This document shows, piece after piece, positions 9,993-20,063 of a stretch of DNA of 64,000 bases; position 1 is the stretch's first letter, and each line of letters begins with the position of its first letter. This DNA comes from Terriglobia bacterium (GTDB lineage Bacteria; Acidobacteriota; Terriglobia; 2-12-FULL-54-10). The DNA is taken from assembly GCA_963666975.2 (NCBI GenBank), contig CAXVYR010000004.1, forward strand, positions 1,696,001-1,760,000. The letters are read 5' to 3'. The position numbers and the translations under genes are program-made. The notes under the pieces are model-generated. The model had not been told where the DNA came from, ran no database searches, and saw only the letters and a program-made list of their open reading frames with translations.

Positions 9993-10592
9993 CTAGATCT
10001 CCCGGCGACCTTCCATTGCCTTGGAGATCGTCACCTGGTCCGCATACTCCAGGTCTCCTCCCACCGGCATGCCCAGCGCGATCCGCGTAACGCTCACGCC
10101 CAGCGGCTTGAGGAGCTTGGAAAGATAAACGGCCGTCGCCTCCCCCTCCACATTGGGGTTGGTGGCAACGATCACCTCTTCTACCGCGCCGCTTTTTAGC
10201 CGCTCCACCAGGTTTGCCGTCCGTAGCTGTTCCGGCCCGATGCCGTGAAGCGGCGATAAAGCGCCGTGCAATACGTGGTAGTAGCCCCTGTAGTTTCCGG
10301 TTCTTTCAATCGGGAGAATGTCCTCCGGCCCTTCGATGACGCAAAGAAGCTTCGCGTTGCGGGAAGGGTCCGAGCAGTATGCGCAGGGATTCACCTCGGT
10401 CACATTGTTGCAGAGGTCGCACAGCCGGATGTTTTCCTTCACGTCTCGAAGAGCGGCGGCCAGACGTTCCACATCGTGCGTTCCCGCCTTCAGAACGTGG
10501 AATGCGATCCGCTGGGCCGATTTCGAACCGATGCCAGGCAGGCGCTCCAGATCCTCAATCAGCCGTGCCATTGGTTTTGCGTATTCGGGCAT
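9993..10592 (-). CDS. recR: recombination mediator RecR
   Basis: [11 protein letters not shown] HhH motif, C4 zinc finger, [18 protein letters not shown]. Confidence 0.97.
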   Translation of the reverse strand: MPEYAKPMARLIEDLERLPGIGSKSAQRIAFHVLKAGTHDVERLAAALRDVKENIRLCDLCNNVTEVNPCAYCSDPSRNAKLLCVIEGPEDILPIERTGNYRGYYHVLHGALSPLHGIGPEQLRTANLVERLKSGAVEEVIVATNPNVEGEATAVYLSKLLKPLGVSVTRIALGMPVGGDLEYADQVTISKAMEGRREI

Positions 10593-10618
10593 TGGGTCAC
10601 TACTGCAATCGGGCGGAA

Positions 10619-10921
10619 CTAGAAAATTCCGGGCAGATTCATGCCGCCCGCCAGGCCTCCCAGCTTCTCCGCCAGGGCCTCGTCCGCTTTGCGCACCGCC
10701 TCATTCACGGCCGCCTGCAACAGGTCTTCGAGCATCTCCACATCGCCGCCCTTCACCGCCTCCGGGTCGATCTTCACAGACAGCAGATGCTTCGTGCCGT
10801 TCATGCTTACCGTCACGATCCCGCCTCCGGAGGAAGCCTCCACGCGCAGGGTTTCCATCTGCTCCTTCATCTCCTGCTGCATCTTCTTTACCTGGCTCAT
10901 CATTTGCTGCATGTTGCGCAT
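10619..10921 (-). CDS. ybaB: YbaB/EbfC nucleoid-associated protein
   Basis: SSGGGIVTV and [16 protein letters not shown] motifs; lies between dnaX and recR. Confidence 0.95.
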   Translation of the reverse strand: MRNMQQMMSQVKKMQQEMKEQMETLRVEASSGGGIVTVSMNGTKHLLSVKIDPEAVKGGDVEMLEDLLQAAVNEAVRKADEALAEKLGGLAGGMNLPGIF

Positions 10922-10925
10922 GGAA

Positions 10926-12779
10926 CTATCCCTTCCGTCCGCGAATCCGCGTGACCTGTTTGCCAAAAATCTTCTCAAACTCCACCACGCCGGGGTCCCG
11001 TCTGGCGCGCTCCTCGACCGCGCCGGCGGGGTTTGTCTCCGCTTGTTCGGCGGCGCGCGTCTCACCCTGGAGTAACTTCACCCGGACCTTGCGTCCCAAA
11101 ACCGCCGTCGCGAGTTGGTTGAGCAATAGACGGTCCTGCTCCGTAAAGAGTTGAACCAGGCCATTGTCGGTTAACTCGATCCTTACTTCCTCTCCTCCCC
11201 ATTTCCACCCGCTGGCACGAGACAGCAGAGAGGCCAGCGCAGGTTTCGATTGCTCCTCCAGCCGCCGCAGGACTTCCCCCGTCCATGCCTCTTCCTGCGC
11301 TGAAAGGGCTGCATTGGCTTCCGGGATGGGAGCCAGCTTCGCAGCGGTGGCGGTGGCGACAGCAATGCCACCGGCGGCTTCACGAACGGGATGCTCCCCT
11401 CCTGAAGATGCAGACACGGAGGGTCCTTTCTCCGAAATCCCGCCCGGCGAAAGTTCCGCATGGGCCGAGGGTTCGGGTGTTTGCTTCTTGCGGCGGAGAT
11501 CCCGCTCGAACGGGCTCAGGCGCTCGGAACGGGCAGCTTGATCGGATGTGGGATCAGGCGGTCTCTGCGCTGCTCCGTGGCTGGGAACCTCGCGGGAAAC
11601 AGCGGCAGTCTTCGGGCGTGCAGCAGCGTCTGTGTCCACATTGGTTCCCGGCTTATTTTCCATTTGGGCCAGCAGGTCTTCGATGGCAACAAGCCGCTCG
11701 GCGTCCACCAGCTTCAGCAGGCCCAGCTCCAGATGAAAACGGGGTTGCGTGCTGTGCCGCAACTGTTGGTTGAGAGCGAGCAGTATCTCCAAAAAGCGGG
11801 TGAGATTCTCTTCGGTGAAATTTTGCGCCATCGCCGCCAGCCGCTCGCTCTCCTCCGCTGTCGATTCCAGCAAGCGCGGCTGCGCGCCCGCCACCCGCAC
11901 GACCAGCAGGTTCCGCGCGGCGAGGACCAGTTGAGAGCAAAAGTGGGCCAGTTGATAACCTTCCTCCACCAGCTTCTCCACCACATCGAGCAACCGCTCC
12001 CGTTTTTGCGCGAGCACGGCGTTAAACACTTCCTCCAGCAACTCGGAGGGCACCGCTCCCAGCAAGCGCGCCACCGCCGGACCTTCCAAACTCGTACCAA
12101 AGGCGGCAATCACTTGCTCCAGCCTGGATAAGGAATCCCGCACGCTTCCCTCGCCGGACCGCGCCAGCGCCACCAAAGCTTCCGGCTGCGCTTGAATCTT
12201 CTCCCCGGCACAGACCGCTTCCAGATGGGCGAGAATCTCGGCAAACGCAACCGCATGGAAGTTAAAGTGCTGGCACCGGGAAAGAATGGTATCCGGGAAT
12301 TGATGAACCTCGGTGGTGGCCAGGATAAAAACAACGTGCGGGGGCGGCTCTTCCAGCGTCTTCAGCAGCGCGTTGAAACCTTCCGGGGTGATCTGGTGAG
12401 CTTCATCGATGATGAATACCTTGTAGCGGTCGCGCGCCGGGGCGTAGCGCGCGTTTTCGCGCAACTCCCGCACGGCGTCAATGCCGCGATTGGAGGCGGC
12501 GTCAACTTCAATGACGTCCACGGCGCGGCCGGCGGCGATCTCCTGGCACGAGTCACACTCTCCGCAAGACTCCGGGGCGGGACCTTTCCGGCAGTTCAGC
12601 GATTTGGCCAGCAGGCGGGCGACGGTGGTTTTGCCGACTCCGCGCTGGCCCGAAAAAATGTAGCCGTGGCCGATGCGGCCGAGGCGGATGGCGTTCTCCA
12701 GCGTCTGGGTCACATGCTTCTGCCCTATTACTTCGGAAAATCGCCGGGGCCGCCATGTGCGTGCGAGGACTTGATACAA
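10926..12779 (-). CDS. dnaX: DNA polymerase III subunit gamma/tau
   Basis: YQVLARTWRP, Walker A GQRGVGKTT, IIDEAH, NALLKTLEEPP, SRC. Confidence 0.97.
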   Translation of the reverse strand: MYQVLARTWRPRRFSEVIGQKHVTQTLENAIRLGRIGHGYIFSGQRGVGKTTVARLLAKSLNCRKGPAPESCGECDSCQEIAAGRAVDVIEVDAASNRGIDAVRELRENARYAPARDRYKVFIIDEAHQITPEGFNALLKTLEEPPPHVVFILATTEVHQFPDTILSRCQHFNFHAVAFAEILAHLEAVCAGEKIQAQPEALVALARSGEGSVRDSLSRLEQVIAAFGTSLEGPAVARLLGAVPSELLEEVFNAVLAQKRERLLDVVEKLVEEGYQLAHFCSQLVLAARNLLVVRVAGAQPRLLESTAEESERLAAMAQNFTEENLTRFLEILLALNQQLRHSTQPRFHLELGLLKLVDAERLVAIEDLLAQMENKPGTNVDTDAAARPKTAAVSREVPSHGAAQRPPDPTSDQAARSERLSPFERDLRRKKQTPEPSAHAELSPGGISEKGPSVSASSGGEHPVREAAGGIAVATATAAKLAPIPEANAALSAQEEAWTGEVLRRLEEQSKPALASLLSRASGWKWGGEEVRIELTDNGLVQLFTEQDRLLLNQLATAVLGRKVRVKLLQGETRAAEQAETNPAGAVEERARRDPGVVEFEKIFGKQVTRIRGRKG

Positions 12780-12884
12780 GGTAATTCTGGAAAACGGGTT
12801 CGTCGTGTTCTCTGCTGGCGGGAGGCAAAACTGCTCGGCTGCCGCCCATCAAGCCCGTAAATTGAGAGCACGGAAATTATTGGC

Positions 12885-12988
12885 CAGACTTCGGGTGGTT
12901 CTGTGGCACATAGAAGCTCCCTCTACCGTTGCTTCCTTCCGGACCTGGCGGGGTTTGAAGGTTTCTATTGCACAGAGCCCGAAGCCTG
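12885..12988 (-). ncRNA. ffs: signal recognition particle small RNA (4.5S)
   Basis: Helix-8 core CCAGGTCCGGAAGGAAGCAACGG in a long hairpin; usual position upstream of dnaX. Confidence 0.92.
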
Positions 12989-13119
12989 ATAAATGGGACT
13001 CGTCTTTCTCCCGGCCTTCTTTCTTGCTCCCGGTTATGGTAGCACCTCCCCTGCCGGCTGGCAATGAAGGCTCAAGAATGGGTAGTGTCTTAAAAGTGCG
13101 TTGGTGGGCTGATGGAGGT

Positions 13120-14189
13120 TTAGTCAATTGTGTGCACGTATTTGCGAATATTCGGCTTTTGTCGATCAAGCTGTGATTGATTAACCTGAATGCGCCTTCC
13201 GGCTAAGTTTTTGGTGCCAGCGGCAAGACTCGAAATTGGAATACCAAGCGCACCAGATACAACCGAAGCAGTATTGGCATCATTGATTTCCACTTGGAAC
13301 ATCTCCCGAAATTCTCTCTGATTTCTCGGTGCAGACCGTCCGGCGGGATGAATCGCAAATTGGTTTGGATTTGCTTGCCATACGGACCATATTTCCTTGC
13401 CGATTTCATTGACCACGGTTTTAAATGCGCTCGCTGCGCCCAGGTTCATTTGCGTCAGGCGATTGCCGACATAGTTATAGATTTTTGGCGCAGACATTCT
13501 GAATTGTTGAGAGTTCAAGTAAAATTCGGATTGCTCCGCACCCTTTACCCTGGTGGCACCATATAGCAATGCCAAAACTGCACGAACGGCACGTTTAGAT
13601 GATCCGTCCGCCGAGAAAGGGATGATTAAACGATCCGATGCAGACATGGCCAGTTCCGTGTAAACGGAAAAGCTTGGGTTGCAGTCAATAAAAACGGTCG
13701 ATTCATTAACATTCCATGAGTGCCGAATATCAGCAATTAGATCGCTGATCCACGTATGAACTATGCGCCAAGCGTCCGTGGGGCCAGGATTTGTAGCGTT
13801 TGAAACCCGCGAAGTTTGAACTTCCAGACTCTCATCGCCAGTTCTCCTTCTACGACCAAAAATAGATTCTTCGGCAATTGATCGTTGTATGTATGAGCGT
13901 TCACAACAAATTTCCCGCCGACCTTCGGGCTTACGTAAGGGCTGCGAATCCGCTCATCAATATAGCCAGCAATCGTTCGCCTCCTAGTGCTGCTTGCGAT
14001 TTCGACCAGATGTTCCTCTCCACGTATAATGCCGCCTAACAACATACTCGAAGCATTGGCTTGCGGGCAGAGATCAATGACAAGAATTTTTTGATCGGGA
14101 TGGGTCTTCGCATATTCGGAAGCGATCTGGAAGGTGAGATAGCTCTTGCCTACCCCTCCCTTGTTATTCCATGTAGCGTATATGGCCAT
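13120..14189 (-). pseudogene. ParA family ATPase, frameshifted near 13840-13852
   Basis: NNKGGVGKS and IDLCPQAN in the first ORF; the alternate frame continues TGDESLE...FIDCNPSFS into ORF 13120-13647. Confidence 0.8.
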
Positions 14190-14323
14190 GCAATCCTCAC
14201 TGTTTAAAGTTGTCAGACAGTCGGAATATTGAATGAATCGAAAGGTTTAGTGGTAATGTTTTTTCAAATTATTGTGGAGTTTAAGCAAACCCATTGAGGT
14301 GTTTAGTTTACAAGCTAACAAGA

Positions 14324-14787
14324 TTACACCAGAAGGTCACCGATTGTCCATATCCGATCCTCAATCCCTGCCTCCATTGCCGGTGTCATCCGAATTGTCC
14401 GATGAACCCGGCAGAAGTTGTACCAGGCAAAATATACCGCAAGTGCAGCTTTCAGGTTTGCCCACTTCTTTGAGAAGGCATTCGTCAGCCGGGTCAGCCG
14501 TCTCATCTGCATTCTCATGGTGAGGTTTTGCCTTTCCACATGAGACGTGCAGATGCGGTCACGGTCAGGATTTCCCATGACTGGGGTCATCCGAATTGTC
14601 CGATGAACCCGGCAGAAGTTGTACCAGGCAAAATATACCGCAAGTGCAGCTTTCAGGTTTGCCCACTTCTTTGAGAAGGCATTCGTCAGCCGGGTCAGCC
14701 GTCTCATCTGCATTCTCATGGTGAGGTTTTGCCTTTCCACATGAGACGTGCAGATGCGGTCACGGTCAGGATTTCCCATGACTGGGG
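14324..14787 (-). mobile_element. IS1-family transposase 3' fragment with an exact 201-bp tandem duplication
   Basis: TSHVERQNLTMRMQMRRLTRLTNAFSKK...YNFCRVH...TPAMEAG; units 14385-14585 and 14586-14786. Confidence 0.8.
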
Positions 14788-14887
14788 TTGGGACCTTCGC
14801 AGGGAGAAAAGCAGACTTTCACCCGTTGGACACAATCCACACGGTCGATCAGAGCCGTGTCAATCGCGTCCGGGCAGGCCGCCGCTA

Positions 14888-15163
14888 CTAGCCCACTCTG
14901 CGCGCCTTCTGAGCCAAGTGGAGCCGGTCCAGGGCTTGGCGAACAAACGTCTTGATGACCGCCTGGCGGCTTACGTTCAGTTCCGATGCAGCTTGATCCA
15001 GTTCCTGCAACATGGACGCGGTGAAATCCACGTTCACCCTCTGGATGGGCTGCATCATCTTGCCGCGATTCGTGAAAAAGCGCGACACATCTTTGCCCCG
15101 GTCCGCCATCCGTGCGATGGACTCGGCCGAGGGAACCTTCTTCGTTTCACGCGTTCGCTTCAT
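14888..15163 (-). CDS. CopG/RHH antitoxin (BrnA-like)
   Basis: C-terminal RHH (RVNVDF...VSRQAVIK); overlaps the upstream toxin gene. Confidence 0.75.
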   Translation of the reverse strand: MKRTRETKKVPSAESIARMADRGKDVSRFFTNRGKMMQPIQRVNVDFTASMLQELDQAASELNVSRQAVIKTFVRQALDRLHLAQKARRVG

Positions 15164-15425
15164 ACAACTGCTTCTCCTCCTGCGTGGATCGCCAGAGCGT
15201 CACCAAATGACAATACTCGCCGATGCGATCCTCCCTGATTTCGAAGATCACGGTAAACAGGCGGTCTTTCACCCATCCGATGGCGCGATACTGCTCCGGA
15301 TCGTCCGAGCGCTGGTCTTGATAGTAGGGATGCTCGAATATCTCCTGGGCCTCTTCGAAGCCAATCCCTCGCCTCGGGTTCCTCCGCAAGGACTCGCTCT
15401 TCAATTTGCTGAACCGGAAGCGCAT
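15147..15425 (-). CDS. BrnT family toxin
   Basis: RGIGFEEAQEIF...EQYRAIG...FTVIFEIR pattern. Confidence 0.75.
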   Translation of the reverse strand: MRFRFSKLKSESLRRNPRRGIGFEEAQEIFEHPYYQDQRSDDPEQYRAIGWVKDRLFTVIFEIREDRIGEYCHLVTLWRSTQEEKQLYEANA

Positions 15426-15672
15426 CGCTGTTCTAGTATAACTGTTATACCATAAAAGCGGTCTCCGAGGCCATGCGCGCCTGCCTTTTCTGAATCCTTT
15501 CCTCGGCAGTTGAATCTTACAAAGCAGGACCTTGGAAGTCGGCGGCCAAGAGAGTCGGCAACAGACGGTCCTGCAACGGGCAGCCAGCAGAAAGGCCCGT
15601 TGCGTCTCGACCGGTCCGGTTCTTGCCGGGCATGTCCTGGGCGCAGGTGTTCATCGCAGCTGTTCATCTGTG

Positions 15673-16380
15673 ATGCGGAATCGGATTGATATCGTTCAGG
15701 AGGAACCAATCAGCGTCGAAAAAAGCGCCGAAGCAGAAGGCGATGCAGAACTGGTCCGCCGGGCCCAGCAAGGAGAAAAAGAAGCCTTTGCCACGCTGGT
15801 GAGCCGTCATGAGAAAAGAGTCTACTGGATTGTCCAGGGGATTCTGCAAAACCAGGCGGACGCGGAAGAAGTCCTCCAGGAGAGCTTTTTGAAAGCAATG
15901 CAACACATCGGGGGATTTCGCGGCGAGGCCCGGTTCAGCACATGGCTCATACAAATCACCATCAATGAAGCCCGGATGAGGCAGCGGAAATACCGGGCGG
16001 GACTGTATGACTCCCTCGACGAACCACGCGACGACCCATCGGATTTCCGGCCACGGGAACTGGTCGATTGGCGCGCCAATCCGAAAGAGACGATGGCAAA
16101 CGAAGAGATGGGGTTGCTGTTGCAACGAGCCGTTCGCTCCCTGCCCCCAATATATCGCGAGGTATTTCTGCTGCGCGACGCAGAGCAGTTCTCGAACGAG
16201 GAAACGGCCGGGGCGCTGGGGATCAGCACTTCCGCAACCAAAACCCGCCTTTTGCAGGCGCGCCTGATGATGAGGGAATTCCTGGCGCCTCATTTCAAGC
16301 TGAACTGGCGCGAACGGCTGCTGGCCCGAGTGAAACGGCGCGGGAGGTCGCGCGCGGGAGGTCACCATGATCCGCTGTGA
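15673..16380 (+). CDS. ECF sigma-70 factor
   Basis: DAEEVLQESF, FRGEARFSTWL, region 4 (FLLRDAEQFSNEETA); start codon uncertain. Confidence 0.9.
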   Translation: MRNRIDIVQEEPISVEKSAEAEGDAELVRRAQQGEKEAFATLVSRHEKRVYWIVQGILQNQADAEEVLQESFLKAMQHIGGFRGEARFSTWLIQITINEARMRQRKYRAGLYDSLDEPRDDPSDFRPRELVDWRANPKETMANEEMGLLLQRAVRSLPPIYREVFLLRDAEQFSNEETAGALGISTSATKTRLLQARLMMREFLAPHFKLNWRERLLARVKRRGRSRAGGHHDPL

Positions 16381-16642
16381 AGAGATCTTGCGAGAGATTT
16401 CCAACTACATCGACGACGACGTCACGCCCGAATTGCGCCGCCAGGTGGAACAGCACCTCGGCGACTGCCGCCGTTGCACGGTGCTGGTGAACACCACACG
16501 CCAGACGCTGACCTTAGTTGGGGACCATTGCATCTTGGAACTGCCGAAAGAGGTCGCCGAACGGCTCATGAACCGGCTGAACGCCTGCTGGGGTACACTA
16601 TCTACCCCCCCACCCGAAAACGGTTTGGAGCGGGAACGTTAA
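16367..16642 (+). CDS. zinc-finger (zf-HC2) anti-sigma factor
   Basis: C...HLGDCRRC motif; overlaps the sigma gene. Confidence 0.88.
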   Translation: MIRCEEILREISNYIDDDVTPELRRQVEQHLGDCRRCTVLVNTTRQTLTLVGDHCILELPKEVAERLMNRLNACWGTLSTPPPENGLERER

Positions 16643-16698
16643 GGCTGATCTCAATTAGCTGGAACTGCCGGCGAAAGGGACATCTGAAAGGAACATTC

Positions 16699-17166
16699 AT
16701 GGGAGAACTGGTTCACACTTCACGCGTGAAGATTTACAAAGACAAGGGGCCGACACGGCGCGCCTACATTGAAAATTTTCCCGAGCCGATTCGCTTCGGC
16801 GTACACGGCGGCATCAAGAAATTCTACGGGCTGGAGCCCCAGGAGGAACTGCCGGCCACGCTCGATCATATTGTGGCCGCGGTGGGCGGCTGAATGACCG
16901 GCACGCTGGCCGGGGCGCTGGCGGCACGCAAGATTCCTACGCAGCCCGACAAGCTGCAGGCGGAGGTCGAAGGCACCATTGAAAACGTGGACGGCAAGCC
17001 TTTGATCACATGCATCCGGGTGAAGTACTCCGTGAAAGTTCCCAAAGGAAAGCGGGAAGAGGCGGAGCGCGCCATGGAAGTGCATGAAAAAGGCTGTCCC
17101 GCTGCGGAAAGCGTAAAGCGGGGCATCCAGGTCGAGTGGTCGGGGACGGTGGAGGAAGAAGGCTGA
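16699..17166 (+). CDS. OsmC-like selenoprotein (UGA 16891-16893 read as Sec)
   Basis: In-frame AAVGG-UGA-MTGTL at the position of the OsmC catalytic Cys; second Cys in GCPAAES; hairpin downstream of the UGA. Confidence 0.78.
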
Positions 17167-17288
17167 TCCTCAAACGACGGCAACTATGCCGGGGCGGGCA
17201 GGCCAGGCGCGGGCCTGGCTCCGGCGGGATTCAGTCTCCGGGTGAAAGAAAAAGAAAGGGACACAGACCGGTGCGGGGGGCGGCAGCC

Positions 17289-18272
17289 ATGCAAATAATG
17301 GATCATAAAAGAACAGTCCTTGCTCTTTGTTTGTGCGCCATCGTTGGCGTCGGGCTGATCTGGCCTGCTGATCAAAACGCGCAGGCCACCGCCGAGATCA
17401 TCACGGAGCCGAAGCAGCGGCTGATCCGCACGGCTCCCGGCGACACGCCTTTTGATGTGACCCGCCACACAATCGCTTTGAAAGGAATCCGCGGGGGAGG
17501 CCCCCCTAAGGACGGTATCCCAGCTTTGCTGGAGCCCTCCTTTATCTCTCCCGCGGAGGCCACTTCCTTGCGGCCTAAAGACATGGTCCTGGGCGTCAGC
17601 ATAGGAGGCGCTTCCAAAGCATACCCGATCCGCATCCTCAACTGGCACGAGTTGGTGAATGACCGGATCGGCTCGCGCCCCATTTTGGTGAGTTGGTGAC
17701 CGCTTTGCGGCTCGGGCGTAGTTTACGACCCGGTGATGGACGGCACGCGGTATCTGTTCGGAGTTTCGGGGCTGCTCTACCGCCGCAACGTCCTGATGTA
17801 CGACCGCCAGACGGAGAGCCTGTGGTCCCAGATGGCAGCGAAGGCCGTCACCGGCCCGATGGCGGGCGCCTCGCTCGAAATCCTCCCGGCGGAACACGCC
17901 AGTTGGCAGGACTGGAAAACACGCCATCCGGATACGCAGGTTCTCTCCTTCAATACAGGATACTCCCGCAACTATAGACGGGACCCCTACCGCGATATGC
18001 CGCTCGACCGCAGGGAAGCGGCTGCCGTCTTCTCTCGAGATCAGGTCAAACTGTACCCGCTGCGGGAGCTGGAAAAGGCGGAAAAGGACGGACAAGAAGT
18101 GGTCGAGGAGCTGGCCGGAGTAAAGTTAACAATCCGCTACGACCGCAAGCAGCACCGCCTCTCCATCACCGCAGAGAATGGTGAGCCGGTGAGGCAATTC
18201 GGTGCCTTTCTGGCCGACCTGCGCGCCTTCTATCCCGACGCGGAAATCTTCCGGTACAAGCGAAACCGCTAG
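17289..18272 (+). CDS. DUF3179-like selenoprotein (UGA 17697-17699, UPLC motif)
   Basis: GGPPKDGIPAL and AYPIRILNWHELVND before the UGA; W-U-PLCGSG, then FGVSGLLY and MYDRQTESLWSQ in the same frame. Confidence 0.85.
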
Positions 18273-18451
18273 AACCTCACCCGGAAACAGACCCACAGAG
18301 CAGGCCCAGCCTCCCAAGTGTGCCCCGCCTGAATTTCAGCATAGGAAGTCCCTTTTTCGTTGGAACTTTTGGAAGCCCCCCGAATCTTAGTCTCTGGGCA
18401 TGTTTCCCAATAGCGGAATCTAAGTGAAACAATCTAAAAGGAGAAATCGCA

Positions 18452-18826
18452 ATGGCAAATTGTATGACAAAACGGAATTACCTGGCGGGGCTGCTGGTAG
18501 CGAGCGCCTTGCTGGCGGGTGGGATGCTGTTTGACGGCACCGCCATGGCCCAGGGCATGGACAAGGGCACAACGCTCACAGGCACAGTCACCGACCTCGC
18601 GTGTGGAATAAAGCACAAGATGCCAGGTGATGCCGCGCAGTGCACCAACGAATGTGTCAAGATGGGGTCGAATTACGCCCTTGTCGTCGGCAGCAAGGTC
18701 TATACGCTGCGGGTGAAGGGAACAGCGGCAGGCCAGAGCCTAGCGGAGCTAGCCGGTGGACAGGCGAAGGTCACAGGAAAGGTGGACGGAAACACGATCT
18801 TTGTGAACTCCGTTGCTCACATCTAA
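18452..18826 (+). CDS. secreted small Cys/His protein (DxxCGxKH...CxxxC)
   Basis: RBS aaggag, signal peptide, paralog at 19515. Confidence 0.8.
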   Translation: MANCMTKRNYLAGLLVASALLAGGMLFDGTAMAQGMDKGTTLTGTVTDLACGIKHKMPGDAAQCTNECVKMGSNYALVVGSKVYTLRVKGTAAGQSLAELAGGQAKVTGKVDGNTIFVNSVAHI

Positions 18827-19008
18827 TGTTCCAGTTCTGGGAAGCAACCGGCGTTGGAGGGAACTACAAGCCTCTGAGTGCTGTTTCTTTTGCTGACGAG
18901 AGGCTGTAGGCTGACACTTCCAGCGCGGATTCGTTTCCGAATGGCCCAGCATCGATTTGGCGAACAAGCACAGAAGCTAAGATGCTGTGCTCTTTTTTTG
19001 CCTGCTAG

Positions 19009-19269
19009 GCCGATTTAATCGCTTATGGCAGAACGCTTTACCGCCAGGAGGGATGCTTCATGTGTCACCAACTGGATGGCGAGGGCGGAACGCTTGGTCC
19101 GGACCTTACCTTTCAGGGCAGCCGCGGGCGCACCGACGATTGGCTGACCGGCCATTTCAAGGACCCGCCGGCATACACGGAGGGTTCCCTCATGTCCGCA
19201 TTCGAGAACTTGACCGAAGAGCAGTTGCGAGCCCTGGTGGCATTCCTGCAAAATCAGAAAGGGAGTTAA
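19009..19269 (+). pseudogene. c-type cytochrome domain, 5'-truncated
   Basis: GRTLYRQEGCFMCH...GPDL...GSLM; in-frame TAG at 19006 and no start codon before the CxxCH motif. Confidence 0.7.
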
Positions 19270-19514
19270 CAGCGCTAAGACCTATAATACCCAGGGCGCT
19301 CACAGCAAAGAACAGCTTGCCCTCACTCCTCTGTTCTGATATCTTTTCGGCAGTTCGATTTGGCGGAACCAGCTACTTTCAGGCATCTAGGATTTAAGGA
19401 AGCGGGAAGACCATCAGGGCACTGCGAAGCCGCGAAATGTTCCCAAAGCTGGTTCTGGGGTACCCGAATACGGCTACATCAACCCCGCAAGGGGAACCGT
19501 TAAAGGAGACGTTA

Positions 19515-19862
19515 ATGGCAAACTGTAAATTATGGAGAAATTTTCTGCTGTCCGGACTGTTGGGCGCTTTCCTGCTGGCAGGGGCGACATTAGTTCACGC
19601 CGATGATCAGACCCTGGTTGGAGTGGTCAGCAACACGCATTGCGGTTTAAAGCATAGCACTGCCGATGCCAGCGGGGCCACTTGCGTCAATGGCTGCGTC
19701 AACGCCGGACGCGGCACCTACGCTCTGGTAGTAGACGGCAAGATTTACAAATTGGAAGGCGGCACGGCCGAGCTAACGAAGCTGGCTGGCCTAGAGGCGA
19801 AGGTCACAGGAAACGTCGATGGAATGACGATGCATGTGGCCTCCGTGGTTGCAGGCAGTTAA
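19515..19862 (+). CDS. secreted small Cys/His protein, paralog of 18452-18826
   Basis: RBS aaggag; both proteins start MANC; CGLKH...CVNGC...YALVV. Confidence 0.8.
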   Translation: MANCKLWRNFLLSGLLGAFLLAGATLVHADDQTLVGVVSNTHCGLKHSTADASGATCVNGCVNAGRGTYALVVDGKIYKLEGGTAELTKLAGLEAKVTGNVDGMTMHVASVVAGS

Positions 19863-20063
19863 GAGCAGACGCCGGAAGCTCCATCGAAGAAGATTGGTTT
19901 ATCGGGCGGTTTTACCTCCCTGTGAGGATGCAGGGGTGTGATGCCGCCCTTTCTTTTTGCTGCAAGTTCACCCCTCCCACAGCAACCCCACTGCCGTCGG
20001 AACCATCTTCAGGGACCGCAAATGCAATATCGAAGTCGCAATACGAAGCTGTAGAATCTTCAC

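Noticed and set aside
13841-13852. 12-nt match (TAGAAGGAGAAC) between the ParA frameshift site and the IS256 leader
   Set aside because: Too short and internal to the IS; cannot be told from chance
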